Shown piece after piece: positions 11,591-26,407 of a stretch of 64,000 nt of DNA. The position numbers and the translations under genes were made by a program. How positions within the stretch are numbered: position 1 is the first letter of the stretch; the number at the start of each line of letters is the position of its first letter. A model generated the notes under the pieces. That model ran no database searches. It was not told the DNA's origin and worked only from the letters and a program-made list of their open reading frames with translations. Source of the DNA: Ruditapes philippinarum (lineage: Eukaryota); assembly GCF_026571515.1 (NCBI RefSeq), contig NW_026856698.1, positions 310,001 through 374,000 of the forward strand, given 5' to 3'.

Positions 11591-14500
11591 ATTTGTAAAT
11601 ATTTGGCAACAATTTAAAACACTTTTAATTTTTGTGTGGAAAAAATCGTATAAACTTAGAGACGTGTTACTTGAAGATGGAAGTTGTGTTACAATCTTCA
11701 CATAATTTTAAGTGCAATGTTAAGAAAGTTAACTGTTTAAATTAAAACCATTTACCAAACTATATACAAATGTAGATTAGAAGAATAGTATCTACTTTTA
11801 TGGGAATATTATGCTATATATTTCTTTCAAATAATATCTTTAATCAAAGTTTTCAAGAAAAAAAATGACTTTAGATAAACTCGATTTACTAGATTTCCTT
11901 TTTGGAAATTGGACCGTACATATTTTTTCTCCACCAATGCGGATTGATCTGGATGGAATAGCTCTTTGAAAAGAGAGCAAAAATGACAGCTATGCAATTC
12001 CGCAATTTTACTATGCATAAACCCAAAAACGGGAAAACCCGGGCCTAAATTTGAAATTTCCAAACAAACAAAAAGTTCAAAAAACTCGCTTATCAACATT
12101 AAAGGGAAAGGGATTTTCCCATTTTTTTTCCCGGGCTGTCAAAATTCCCATTGGGAAAAAAACCTTTTTCTGCGTTTGGGAAAACGGGGCCAATCCAAAT
12201 GGGGAAAAATCCCCTTTAGGGTTGTTTACGACTTTTCATTTTAATTAGCAAATAGATTTTTCAATCCTTCTCAAGAAGAAGGGACTGATTGCATGGTTGT
12301 GTTTATTCATATTTATTGTCCAAAACTCACAGACAGGAACATTAAAGAAGATGAGAAATGTTTGCTATTTTAACCCCTTTTTATTCGACGTCTGGACTTT
12401 ATACTCCTAACAATAGGCAGTGACAGATACAACCGCGAAACATCTCCCGATTTCACGAGTTATGAGCCCATTGGCGTTTATATCTCCGCGAATATGAGGC
12501 AGTTTTCATCTGTGATTAACTATAAAACAAGATTTCGGCAATAATTCACGATATTTATGACTATTTACTTTAGACAGCACACGCTGTTACAATGTTTGCG
12601 TCGAGAATATTGTTAAATTGAATAATTTGCAAAAATGGTTGTCATGGGGACGAAGAATGATGGGATTTTGCAGTGAAGTTGAGGTAACAGTAAATAATGA
12701 TTTACATACGGAAGTCTTTTACCATTGTGTATTTCCAAATCGAACGAATGCGACTAAATGAAAAGAAAATATGAGCAGACGATATATCGCGAAAACGTGT
12801 GATTTTATTGTCTTTGTTTTTCCGCTGAATAATTATAATGTAATTCTCGCAAGACCATCTTACATCACAATTTAAACATCATTTCTGTGACAACGTCGCG
12901 TACTAAAGTCTAACAATATTTTTGAAGTGGAAATTGTATGAATAATTGACGGCGATGTTTTGCGTGCAAGCAGACAGTTTCCAAGAAGGCGACATATTGT
13001 GGTCCCAAGAACCATCTTGTTACAATTTTGTTGGATGGTTGACATGAATAGCACGCAATAATAGCGTTATATAAGTGAGACAAAACTGAGCCTCCCTGTC
13101 GCTGATGTATCACGAACTCATGTTTTGATGCCCAAAGGAATTGCTTAAGACCGAGAACATGAAATAGAAGCTGAGATGTCCCTTTCAAAACTATTTTGTT
13201 ACAATTATAATTAAAATTAGCACTGCCTTTTTGAACAAACATTTAATTCGTTACATAATAATGGAACTTTCATTTTTTTTCTTTCTTTTTCTTTCGTGTT
13301 GGTTGATTTAGATATTTCAAGATCGCTGTTAGCATTTACTTTGAAGAACATCACAGAAAAAAATCCAGATAGAAATAAGTTGCATTCAAATCCATTTCAA
13401 ATGAACATGGAAAATAATGATACAGACATTATATCTTTTTGACATTTGACATTGCTTTACAAATTTAAGTTATTTAAAACTGTTCATTATTCTTGTCATT
13501 TATAATATACATGAATGTATAAAGGTATTTGGTGCTGGGATAATTCAACGACATTGAAGCATAATTGATTATAAAATTGCACATTCAATGTCAATATTCT
13601 AATTGTCTTTATTGCTGCCCCCCTGTCATTGTCGATAGCTAAGAAATGTGCAGTTGGGCGTTCTCTTGTTGTATTTTGATACATAACATAATTCTCTTCA
13701 CCATATTTTCCATATTTTACAAGAGTCAATAATTTTGCCATGGATCAATTTTGATATGAGCAAAAACACACAAACTTTAAAAACTACCATTGCACATTTG
13801 TACATAACTGGGGAACCATTTCGAAAATAAGAATAACCTGAAAATGTTACAAGTAAAAGGAGTCATTTTGGTAATATTTAGATCTATGGGTTATTTCATA
13901 GGAATGTTATCATTTATATTGCCAGATGATTACATTCTCTTGGCAAAGAAAAAAAATTACGACCTTCCTTACTTCTTTATAAAATAATTCGAAAACTTAA
14001 AAATGACTCACTTTATAAATCAATTCAATGCACAAATTTCGACCAGACCCGAAACAAAAATAATCAATGTGTGTGATAAACAGAATCCGTGTTATGCGAA
14101 AAATGCTATCAGTGTTTTCACGTGCCATTTACGTTACATTAAATTATTAAGGGGTTACAGGAGACAACAAATGAAAATCTAATATCTCAGGATCAATCTT
14201 GTTCAGGCATATTTTAAATGATTTAGTAGAAGTGTTTTCAAACGAAATAATTTTGACTTTAAACACGATTTTAGTTTAACATTTGCATTGTAGGGCAAAA
14301 CCTGGGCCTAACAATACCAAAGGGGTTTCAAAACCCCGGTGAGTAGGGAGAAAGGTGTTTCCCAAAATTTTAAAATTTTTTCGATTTTTTTTGATTGTTA
14401 CTTTTAAAGGATGAAAAACTGTTTGTCATTTTAAGTAGGCACAAAAGGGGGAAGATAAAGGGGTTTCCGAAAACCCCAAAATTTAAAATTTAAAATTAAT

Positions 14501-16066
14501 TTCTTTTTTTGGGAAAGGGTGTTAATGGGGTGTAAAAAAGATGCTAATATACATTGAAACACAAATTTCGATGTTTTTTGTCAATTAATCACTTTAACAG
14601 AATCCATCCGGTCGTAAAATTTCAAAATTTGTGTGTGCATGGTAAAATTAGATAAATGGATGTAGATATATATTTGTATCTTTAATAATGATTTCATATA
14701 AGTTATGGTTTTATGTTTTAAGTCTTTTTGTCAATGTATACTCTTTTTTATATTCATTATATCAATAATGGTTCTAGTGTAAACCAACTAATACAAGAAA
14801 ACTTAATGTTATTAAGTGAAATGCAAAAATGCAAAATCATCAGAAGAGACTTATCTTTTCAATAGCTCTATGAAATTTATGTTTGTTCAATATATCTTGT
14901 AGAAAAATAGTACGATTTTAGATATTAAGCAAGGCAAAGAGAGAGAAGATAATTTTATAAAAGTATAATCTCGTTTTCAAACTCTGGAAAATGTTCTTTA
15001 CCAGTCACTTTTCCCGTAAAAACAACAGACAAATTACCAACTTGCTATCATCATGTTTGCCATTTTATTGGCTTTGATGAATTTGCTAACACCGACAATA
15101 CTTCTGAGCATCTTTATGTTGTCGAAATTAACATGACTCCAGTAGATCAACAGAAAGAATTAACACCAACTCAAGATGTTAGTGTCTGCCGTAAACTGAT
15201 GGGAACGAGGCTTAATGCATCCCGCGGGCGCTATTCACGGTACCGTCTGCTTTTAAATGAATCTGGACAATTTCAGGATTGCAGAAGATTTGACAGAGAA
15301 AAGAAAAGATTTCAATCAAACTGACCTAGATATTAACAAAATATAAGATTCTGGTATTTATAAGAATAACTGAAGATTTATTGAAGAAAGAATATAAAAT
15401 TGAAGTGTGAATTATTTAATATAAAATTATATGCAAATCAAAGGAACAGAGTGTATGAATTTGAGAAAATTATGACACATGTTATTTTGAAGTTTTGAAT
15501 GTATTGAATGATATTCATCATCAATACCAGTCTTATAATTAATTATACAGCATTTGAGGCATTCGCTTTACCTTTTAGTACACATGTATATTGCATTTTC
15601 CCCCAAAAAGATCAATTTCTGTGATGTCAAATTACGCTGAAAATACTTTAATTGTGGATATTAATATATATGCTAAGAAAACACCGTGTTCGATTAAGTA
15701 ACAAGACAACGGTGGTTAAATTGGAGAACATATATTTTTGCATATTAAACGGTTTAATATGCAAAATGGTTTAACCATACATTTATAATGCATAATGACT
15801 TTTTATTATAGTTTGATTGTCATAAAGCTGTTTTTGTATCATTTAATACCTTTTGTAAATCATAACACATACTTGTGCATACTGCAACTGTTTTAATGAT
15901 TTCATTTCTATTAACCATACATTAAAGCAGGACACTTACAAATTTGTTGTAATTTTTTAGTACTCTAATTAGTAAATTACGTTAAAATGAAATTATTTAA
16001 CTTTGCCTTCACATTTACAACCTGCAAAAATGGCCTGTACAAACATGCAGAATAAAACATATCCCC

Positions 16067-16290
16067 TTTGTTTGTTTGGATTTACGGCGGACCAACACAG
16101 TATAGGTTATATGGCACTGCAACAGGAATGATGCTTTCGTTTACCCCGGGTGTTACAAAGAAGGGGTCAATACCACCTCACCTGTTGGAGCTAAGAGATG
16201 CATAGACTCAATTTCGATCCCATTTACAAGTGTTAGTCACCTCTTACAATCACGCAGGGATAAACGGTGACAATTCTTATGCCTTAATCA
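16067..16290 (-). mobile_element. SINE fragment (MetaSINE-like core, tentative)
   Basis: (AAAC)n tail on the minus strand. TTAGTCACCTCTTACAATCACGCAGGG resembles the reverse complement of the conserved ...GTCGTAAGAGGCGACTAA core recalled from invertebrate SINEs. Confidence 0.45.
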
Positions 16291-18399
16291 TTAAAGGCGA
16301 CCCCAGCCAAAAGGGGGGCATATATGTTGAAGGGGATAGAAAATTAAAAGAAGAAAATATTTAAAAGGGTTTTTTTATTTTTTGTTTTGGGGCAAAGTGT
16401 CGTTTTAAAAACATAAAAATTTAAAAATTTTTTAAAAAACTTTTATAAGTTCAAAAGTTTTTTTTTAAATTTTTTTTTGGGGAAACTCGGCTGGGGGGCA
16501 GGCCCGCTTTTAAAAGATTAGAAACAAAAAATCATGGTGGCCCTTTTTAAATCTTTTACGGGTAGTTTATTTCCCCTAAAACTAACTTAATTTAGGCAAA
16601 GTAGAAAAAAAAAAAAGCGGGGAAAAGGGAGACGGGTTTTTGACCAAGCAAAAAAATATCATAAAAGTCACGTGTCATAAAAATTGAAAAAACCCCGCCA
16701 ATAACGTTTAAACTGAAAAAAGTATCCATAAAAAGTATTTCTTTTTTAAGAAATTTTCTGTGACGAACCTTTTTAAAGTGTTATTCTCAAAGCCATATGT
16801 TTCGTTATTTCTTAGAATATGTTTTCGCGTGCCCCCCCTGTCTCCGTGGGGGGAAATAAAGCTTTGCCGAAATTTTCCGCACGCCAACTTTTAAACCCGA
16901 AATTAAAACAGCCGTAGTAAATTGGTTTAAATTCCCAAAAAACTGTTGGGGGAAAAAACGAAAAATTTTTAAATTGGGAAAATCATTACTTTTAAAAAGT
17001 GCTGTTTTTCTGAATATAAAAAAGGAAGTTTACATGTATAATTCATAACTCTATCATAAAGCATGGCGTTTAAAAAACATTTAAAAATGGGGTTTTCAAA
17101 GATTTTCGTGCTCTATTTGCCTCCATTGTCCAACATACTTTAAATAATTAAGCACATTTTCTCGGACTTATTTAAATTTTGAAATGATGTTTTGTCAAGT
17201 AAGAAACAAACTTGAAAATTGATTTATCACAATTATTTGAATAAAAATTAGCTTTAACCATTTGTTTTGAGACGTCCAGAAATAATGGTTTGATCTTGTC
17301 TCATCGACTGATGTTTCTTACACCTTTAATGAAGAACTTATATTAATTAATAATCTTTGGAAAAGAGAGAAATACTTACACTGATTCTACCAAAACACAT
17401 AACAATATCTTCCTGTTTAAAAAGGTTTAAATTGATACATGTTATCTAACAATTTGAAACTTTGAAAAGCTCGTTAAAGATCACTTCATTGTTTTGTATA
17501 AATTGTATAAATTCATTTTATTACCAAGTGAATCATTTGTCTAATGCTTTGTGGGTCATCCTGATAAAACATGGCGTTATAGTTTCTCTTTCTTGAATTC
17601 GTTTTTGTAAAACCGCATTTCACTTTGTTTCAATTTTCTTACGCATGCATTTTTCATTTCATCTTTCTTGACAGATTAGTGATTATTTAAGATACTTATC
17701 AATTTCTTGTATCAGTACGGCGCCAGCTTGCCGGATAGCATTTTATTGTAACGTGAAACACTTCCCCTCAACGACCACATTCGGCGAAATATGTGTTTTC
17801 ACAAAAACCATACGCATAAGAAAAGTCATCCATTTTGTCTGTTTTCGGCGGAGAATGCCTATTCTATTCGGTTAATTAATTTCTCTCGGGAAAGTCTTTT
17901 TTCTCAATTGCATATTTGTGTGGATATTATGATAGGCCCGTCATAATTGTAATGCTTTCAGTGTCATTTGTGATCTATTGATTGATTTATTTATTTGACA
18001 TACTGCTGGTTTGTTTGTATTTGTGCATGCCTGAGAGACAATGGGTCGTGTTAGGAACGGACAATCTGTCAAAAAGCTCGCGGTGGATGGACGACAGAGT
18101 TTAATCATCTCCTTGGGGACCGAATGTTATTTGATCATTTAGAATTAGAAAGTTACTAAATTATTGTATTCCGCTATTGTATATGATGTATTCAACTAAT
18201 GCTACTATACAAGGTTTTGGTATATTTCTAAATGATGTAAGTTTATAGCGGTATTTTAGAAACGAAATACTATTATCAAATTTTCTATATTACAATGAAT
18301 ATATTGCAATATAAGTATTGTGAGTATATTTTCATTTATTCTAAAGCGTGATTATTTAGACACTATACTATTTAATAGCGCTACATGCTATAATAATAC

Positions 18400-18652
18400 T
18401 TTGTTTGTTTATGTGCCGATTTAAACATTTTTGGTCAAATCTCGGCGGTTGGTCGATCTTACAGGCGTTCCTCGATAACTAACCAGCATTTACTAATTTC
18501 TACTTTTTTGAATCAGCAGTGAGATAGAAATGACCTCTAATTAAATGTTCAGGATCAATTGCAACGGAGTAAAATTCACCTCGCCATCGCAAGGATTGAA
18601 CCAGTGACTCCTGGACAACAAATCCGAAACTCTGCACTGAACTAAGCGGGCG
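18400..18652 (-). mobile_element. tRNA-derived SINE
   Basis: Minus-strand head GCCCGCTTAGTTCAGTG (A-box-like), B box GGTTCAATCC (18602-18593) and an (AAAC)n tail. Confidence 0.7.
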
Positions 18653-21600
18653 TGTATAAAAATACTGTGAATAAATTAACATTTTAAAGAATCAATCATG
18701 GAAATATCAGAAATAAAATCATGAATTATCTAAATGATTGGTGATAGTTAACTTTTGAATTTTTATGTTTTTATTCTGACAGTATTCAATATATGTTGTA
18801 GATCTACATGTATGTATACGTGATGACGATCAACTTCTTACATACTGTATTACGAAAACCTGTTCTGTTTTATTATAATGGACAAATTGAATAATTAATT
18901 CAATTTCCAATTGACCTCTTTGACGTTAGTTATAGTAAATTACAAATGAATTCATTTAATTGTGGAATTTCGGTATATTATATTAAAAAGTTATAAAACA
19001 CACCAATTTTCATTTTGTATAAATTCGCACATAAGTAGATATAAATGTTATGTTTGTTCCTTTTTTAAATAATAATTTGTCTTTTATATGGTTTATATAT
19101 TTATCAAGAAAGTAGTAAGTTTTATTTAAAAAAAACGCACGTTATTATGTTTGTTGATCAGATGAGATGAAAGTCTCGACAGTTTCAAGTGCTAACATTT
19201 GTAAGCATTTATTCCACCGGGTGAGTAACACATCACCAAATAATATTGCATCACATGTCAACTCTTTATGTCCCAACATCAATGTGTTAAATGTTCGTTT
19301 TATAACTAACTGTGTCATTAAAGAATAATCACCACCCTGTAAGCACCGTATCTGATCACATTAATATAACCACCTTTATGGCGCTACGGTATTTTAGGAA
19401 CACTGGTGCACGCCCATTTCCACTAAAGTATTATTGTTAAGTAATTGGCCATTAACGGGGTGTTTATTTTCGGATGAAAGTAGCCGCGGCATGCGTGATG
19501 GTCAGCGTCATTGAGTAAATTGGTCATCATGATTTGAATAAGACATTTGGTTAAGACGTTATTGAATCTATTTTCGGGATAAATGTTATATTCGGAGCTT
19601 TAGAAACATTTGATGATGAGAGTTGTACCAAGCACACGTAACACTTGTTCTCATCTAAGATGACACGCTGATAATTAGTATATATTACATATTTACAATG
19701 TATTATTTTCACTTGTTGCATTGATTATAAAATAATATAAAAAAGAGCTGCCTAATTACAAATTGTACGACAGTACATTCGCTTTTTTGTTTTAATCAAG
19801 ATAAGCTGACTTTGATATGAATAGATATAAGAACATTATAGAATATATTGGTCAATGCGATTTGCCTTAGCCAATAACTTCAATGATTACATGTACACTG
19901 TTCTGGCACTATTTCGTTCTACTTAAACTTTCCTAGATTTAAATTTTGATTCGTTGTCGGCTAACATAACAATTCCAGTTTATTTATTGCCGACCAGCAC
20001 CATGTTGTATTGTTATATCAATGGAACTGAAAACCGTTGGTAATATCTTAATTTGATATAAAAGGCATTTTCATTACTTCCCAATATCCTAACATATTTC
20101 CCTTAATGTGTAATTAAAATGCAAATGCCGTATAATTATCAGTTATGACAACAATTAAGTCACGTGCAGAAATGGCGCGAACTAGGCCACATGACAGGTT
20201 AAAAATTAGCAACAATCTGTTCTTACTGCAGACAGATGTACAGCGTTGTTATAATGTAATTATTTACAAATTAATTTCTGTTTTGATTATTTCATTTATT
20301 AATGATAACCGCAGTCAATTTTACTTCAGTAATTATAAAGCACTTTTAGATACAAGATAATGCGAGATATTACCGAAACTTTTTTCCATTATTTCAACTT
20401 TTTTTAAAATTATGTTTTGCTGAATAATCTACTAGGAAAAATCAAATTTATTCAAACACAATCGCGTTAAGTTGGTATCATTATAAAATTTACATCCTTT
20501 GAAAAAATGAGATCGAAAACACATAAATCAAAAGAGAGATATATTTTTAAGCTTTATATCTGCACGCATCTTTAATTTCAAACAGAGCTGACATGTATAT
20601 AAACAATTGGGCAAAAGACATTTTCAGCTTTTTTCCCTATAGTTATAAACAAATAAATAGTCAAAATTCACTAACTATTTAATGAGAGCGAATTTGTTTA
20701 ACAAAGTGGGAAATTTTGCAACTTAATAATTATGAATTAAGGTTTAAAGTATCAAAGCTTATTATTTAAAACCATTCTAACGGAGATTTTGGCTTATTGT
20801 TTTTCTCCCCGTGACTGTCCAGTTCTCTATACCAACAGTGGCCTCAGTCTGCCAGTTCAATCAAAATAAATACGATATGATATGAGGACGAATTAGATCG
20901 ACAGAAGGTGCTTTAAATTTAGTTTTCATTAACAATTTCAAATATTCTAGCTATCAGTATGATGACAAAAGGCGATTAAACGGCCCCTTAATACCATAGG
21001 GTCTGTAACAAAATGAGCATATTTGATTATGAAAATGAGGGAGATTAATACAGGGCCTGTCCATATGTTCAGTACTTGAAACTGTTACAAATGCTAGTGG
21101 TTCATGGTTATTGTTTCAAATTTTTTAAAGGAGTGCGTGCGAGTTCTTTCTGAGATAACCGTCATTTTGAACCGTTAAAAATCTTTGCGACAGACCTAAA
21201 TTCCTGTTTACCTTATGGAAGAACTATTTATTTTCTTTTAACACCTATGGATATAGATAAGTTCTGTAATGATCATGCGATGCTTGTGCTTATTGCATCG
21301 TTATTGTATAATATTTTTGTATCACAAAAAACAATGTATTTCAATGATACAAGAAATGGCTCAGTCAGATTCAAATGATATTTTATCTTTCTACATTTTG
21401 TAGAATAAAACAAAAATGAAGCTTTATTCACTATAATTAACCGTTCTATAAACGAGAAGAGCCGTGACAAATGTAACCAAGTTCACGAAGTAACAGATTT
21501 TCTCAGCCATATATCCTTAAACATTTGATGTGAACCATTGTTAAAGAGTATGATCTTTTTTCATGTGAAGACGTGTCTTTTTCTTTTTAAGTTCTAGAGG

Positions 21601-23497
21601 CCACAGTCTGACACAAATTTGCTATACATCTTCATAAAAGCCTCTAATAAAGCCTCGATTAGCGCCATCTCCCGGAATAGATCATTTATTGATGGCAATG
21701 TTTAAGCGCAACATTCTGGTATCGGACAATGTCCTATGGTTTCATTACATCGCCCATAGTAATTAATATTACAATAAAAACGGCCATTTATAATTCAAAG
21801 GTAATCGAATCGGGAGGTCGACCGCATCTGTTTTGTAACCGTGGTATGTAATACATGAAAATGAACACATCCATCTAATAGGCAATGACATAATGTAAAT
21901 GAATGCGATTGTAATACATGTAGTTGATAGAAGAAATATTAAAGGTCGTACCACACGACAAAGTTGTAATTGTTGCAGTACCAACCGACAGAAAAAATAC
22001 TTTGAGATTCACGTCAAATTTTCTTTTTTCTTAATATGCTTTTCATCATATATCTAAAGATTTTCTGTCAATACTAATAGTAATTAAATGTATGATTTAT
22101 TTTTGATTTCTATTTTCAACAGCAAATTCAATTATTATCTATATACATGTACACTTGTACTCAATCTGGGTAACATTTGTCTAACTGTTTGTAATATGTT
22201 AATGACAAAAAAATGGTTTACACAATCTTAGTATAACATATTGAAATATATGTATAGATATACAATTGCAAACATTTATATTGCCGGTTAAATTCAGTAT
22301 AATAACACATTAAAACTGATAACAGAAGCATATTGGTTGTGGTTTTTTTCTATCCATTTACGAAATGCATTGATGTGTTGAAATGCCGCCGGAAACTTGC
22401 CCCATGCTGTCTCACACTGGAATTGGCAGATGGTCGAAAAACAACTTAACAAGCTTCATTTATTGATCTGAAAACGTAAATTTCTCCAAAGGGCACTTCC
22501 GTGATCCCTAGTTTAACACCAACAGTCTCTCAAACATGTGAAGACAAAATAGAAATTAGCCTCGTATTGGCGCTTCACATATGCCCGGATGAGCTCAAAG
22601 TGTTTCTGGTCCTTTAGCCGCAATAACGAATTCGGCTCTTCGTAAGAATGTTCGTGTTATGAAGAACACTCAAATCATCTCGGAAACAAGGTATTTCAAT
22701 TGAATGTTCATGGTAATTTGATTTAAATTTGAACAAGAATAGTGTTATCCCTATTAAAGAGATTTAAAAGATTAAATTTTGAGAAGAAATGAAGCTTAAA
22801 CTGGGCTGCGACTTTGACAGATTCTGTTGTTAAAAATGAAAGAAAAATCAACAATGACAAACGATGCAATTAATGGTACAAATTTGCAAAGTTGTTTGTT
22901 TGATATAAGATCTAAATTCATCGAAACTCTAGTATCGCCATTACAATCTGATCCTTATTCTATTTTGACAATTGTTATAATTTGCTTTTTTTGATTTTTA
23001 CTGCAAAAAGGATTAAAAAAATGTTACTACACGTTCCTTTTTTCACTTTTTAACTTAATTTTTTTTTCCTAAACAGAAATGATATAATACTTGCGGTTTA
23101 TTTGTATTTCATTAGAAAATTATTCGAAATAAATATATAATGCCGAGTTGCAAAATTATTTTCTTTATGGAAAAGAAAAACGTTACAAAGATTTGTGTAA
23201 GAAATTTAGATATTTTTTTCGTAAAAAATATTTCATTTTCTTAAAACTATAATAAAATGAATAAGCACAAACTCAAAAATTCAGTAAAAAAATATGACAG
23301 CATATATTGGTACCATAAATGGTACGAGCTCAAAATTCTCGGCTGTCCTAGTAATAGATGGATCAAAAGCTACTGTATCTTTTCATCTGCCCACATCCAA
23401 TACTAAATGCTCTTTTAATCAAGTGGGAGGAGTAAGCACGAAGCTACGACGATCCGTGTTAACATATCGCCAACAAATTACAAACGATTGGTTAAGG

Positions 23498-23562
23498 ATG
23501 CCTCCTTATGGTGAAATAGTTTCCGATGAAGAAATCCAAGATGCTCTTAAAACCAGTATACG
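23498..23562 (+). CDS. prdm8: PRDM8-like gene, probable first coding exon (MPPYGEIVSDEEIQDALKTSIR)
   Basis: Coding-like composition, ending at a CG|GTAAAG donor (phase 2). Needs a phase 2->0 bridge to reach exon 26408. The start could lie further upstream in the same ORF (23294). Confidence 0.55.
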
Positions 23563-24413
23563 GTAAAGACAATACGGTCTTAGATTGTATCTCCCTAAAA
23601 GATAAAAACGAGCCGACGGAAAATATTAGTTTCAATGGGGGATTATGCGGGTAATGTTATATTTGTTTAAGAAACAAATTTTGATATTTTAATTATATTG
23701 GTTTTACTCCCTGAACGTTTAATTCTGTAACTTTAGAAACAAAATATACCCGCATATTTCTCATTTGTTTTGTGATTAAAACATTAACGTCTTGAAATTT
23801 TAGACATTCCTCAGAGGATTTCCAAAATTGTGATACAAAAAGGATTTTAAATACAGTGGTAAGTTGAATCATGGTATAATAATTAATTATTTACCACATA
23901 TGTAGAAAATATATGTATTCTTTTCTAAAAAAAACCCATTGTAATTATAATTGTGATTAAATAAAAATAGATTCGAATTGTAGTCATTTTGTTATCTTAT
24001 AATAAAACAGAGAAACACTTTCATCTTTTCATGAATTGGCTGGTATGTTCTATATCCTTGGAAATATCAATTTGTTTATTGAGGTTTATTTTATTACATT
24101 TTAATGAAATATTTATATCGTTTTTATATGATATTTCTTTTTAAAAAATTTTTGCATGATGTTGATATAGACTATTATACGAATAATACGTTTTTACTTT
24201 AATTTTTTTTTGAAAGATGAAAAAAAAACCCCAAGAAAAACGTGTTTCAGAAAATATAAAGAATTTGATATCGGGCTCTTAACAATAATTATTTGAGCAT
24301 TTTGTTTTCTTTAAAACTAGATGATGGATATTTAACTTATATCTATTCATTATTTTTCTTCAATATTGTCGTCGAAAAGGGGTTTGTAACTGATCCATTT
24401 GTTACTTGTTCAG

Positions 24414-24429
24414 TATCAATGTTAGCCCT
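24414..24429 (+). CDS. prdm8: PRDM8-like gene, candidate 16-nt micro-exon ((R)INVSP)
   Basis: ccatttgttacttgttcag acceptor and CCT|GTAATT donor. Restores the frame: ...LKTSIRINVSPDEMGVIAETD... Confidence 0.4.
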
Positions 24430-24955
24430 GTAATTTCTATAACACCTGTCATGACCCAACCCCCGAGTTACGGTTCGGGTCTGTAATTTTGTGTTACACC
24501 TAAGGGGATTATGATGAATAGACCTAATTTGTTACATGTGGGATACAAATATGTTTCGATTCATTTTATGTAAATCATTACATTTGATATTAAATCAAAG
24601 TTTATTTAGATGTGTGAATCCCTATCGTCCATTCATTAAAGAAAGATTGTGTTTATTTTGACTATCATTCTCTTGAGAAAATAACATCGTTGAAAGGTCA
24701 GTAAATTATATACTTTAAGAACATTGTTGACGAATTAATTATACGTATGCTTTAATGGTATATAACTCGACACTTTCATTTTCTTTAGTTAAAGACCATA
24801 CTGATTATTCAATGTTTGATCAACACATGGCCTCGGGACTGTTGGAGAAGGGATGGACACTTTAAGTATTTCTAAACTATTACAAATTCGTTGTGTTGAA
24901 ATGATAATATAATTAAGAGAAAACATGAGAAAAAATGTTGATATACATTTAACTT

Positions 24956-25168
24956 TTAACCTTGTTAGTTTAGTAATAGTAGTTGTAGTAGTTAGTGTGT
25001 CCACTTACTTTTTGGAATTATCTATTATGGGGATATGTAGATGAAAACTTAAATATAGCAAGCCAACAAAATAGAGCCTGGTCAGTCGGCACAGGTGAGC
25101 AGGCTGGCCTAGGTCTATACTTGTGGAAATGGCTAAACATGTTCGTTACAAGCTAGGCAAAGGCTGAA
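24956..25168 (+). mobile_element. TTAA-ended MITE family, copy 1
   Basis: Starts TTAACC. Its AGAGCCTGGTCAG...GCAGGCTGGCCT...GTGG core is shared with 32519-32696 (reverse) and 36447-36553. Confidence 0.55.
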
Positions 25169-26407
25169 GGTGAAGTTTTCCCAATAAAAAAATATACGTT
25201 TTGGCTAAAGTAGCTATGCTATATGAATTACATAATTATTAAAAAGTGGTTGGCAAATGTAAAATTAAAAACAATATCAAATGATTTACAACTTAAAGTG
25301 ATATTAAGCCTATATAAGTGTCTGTGGTCAATGAACAGGTAAAATAGAAATAACTTGACATTTTGCAATTGTGTTCATTTTTATACTTTACTAAGAAAAA
25401 AATCAATAATCTATGTGGCCAATGGAAAGTTCTTAAAATATCATCATTCAGAATGTTTCGGTAATTGTTAAATCTTAAAAAGAAGTCTTTTGATGATTTA
25501 GGTAGTTTTTGCAATATATCATAAACATTTTTCATTATCATTCACTATTTTTCAATCACTATTATAATAGCCAATATTTTGAAATATTTATAGTTCAGAT
25601 CAACTTAACAGCGAAAAGTGAGCATAATGTGACTGTAATTTAGTCTTAATGCCTGGTGATACATTATTTATCATAGTAAATGTGAATTTAAAACATTCTA
25701 ACTTTTATTGGAACCAAACTTTGTTTCAATTTAAAATTGTTTATTTGCTGCAAAAATATTAGGAAATAAGATATAACAAAAAGTAACGATAATATTTGTT
25801 GAACATGTCTATTTAGCTTTATAACTGGACGGCTAGTACTAGTAATTGTAAAGTTGTTTTTAATTGGAGGTTCACGTTTCAGCAGATGCTTAAAGCATCT
25901 TCAATCATTATCTACAGGTCATTAATCATGTGACAGCAGGGGTCACGTGAGCCCATCATTAACGCTTTGTTCGGATTTGTTCTGGTTTCATGGTCAAAAC
26001 CAACATTTAAAGTCTTGTTAAGCCATTGGCATCATCACCGCTCTTTCAAAGAAGGGGAGTGAAACTTATCCCTATTCAACTTTAAGTGGACTGGTGTTTT
26101 AATATCAAAGCAAGCGGAAGCGATCCGTTTTGAGTGTCTGCGGTCGGTCCTTTTGCTGATTTTAACCAATGCATGCTTAATTGGTAGCCTTGCTTTTTAT
26201 GTTACAAGAGCTTGTTCTGTTACGAATTCCGCGAGCTCATCATAAAAAAGAATTACTTAAAAAATAACTTTCATTTTATTCAGTTGATTAACAAATGAAT
26301 ACAAAAAATATGATAAAAAATGTAATATGTTCTAAATAGTATTAATATTTTTGAAATACGTATTGAGTGTGCATATGAAAAGTGTTTTTTTTTCCTGTTT
26401 ACTTCAG

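Noticed and set aside
13496-15324. ORFs 13496-13741 and 15133-15324, and a short hydrophobic frame near 15054
   Set aside because: No recognisable domain or consistent exon chain, and adjacent to low-quality sequence.
18590-18652. tRNA gene
   Set aside because: A/B boxes are present but there is no intact cloverleaf; it continues into a SINE body with an (AAAC)n tail.
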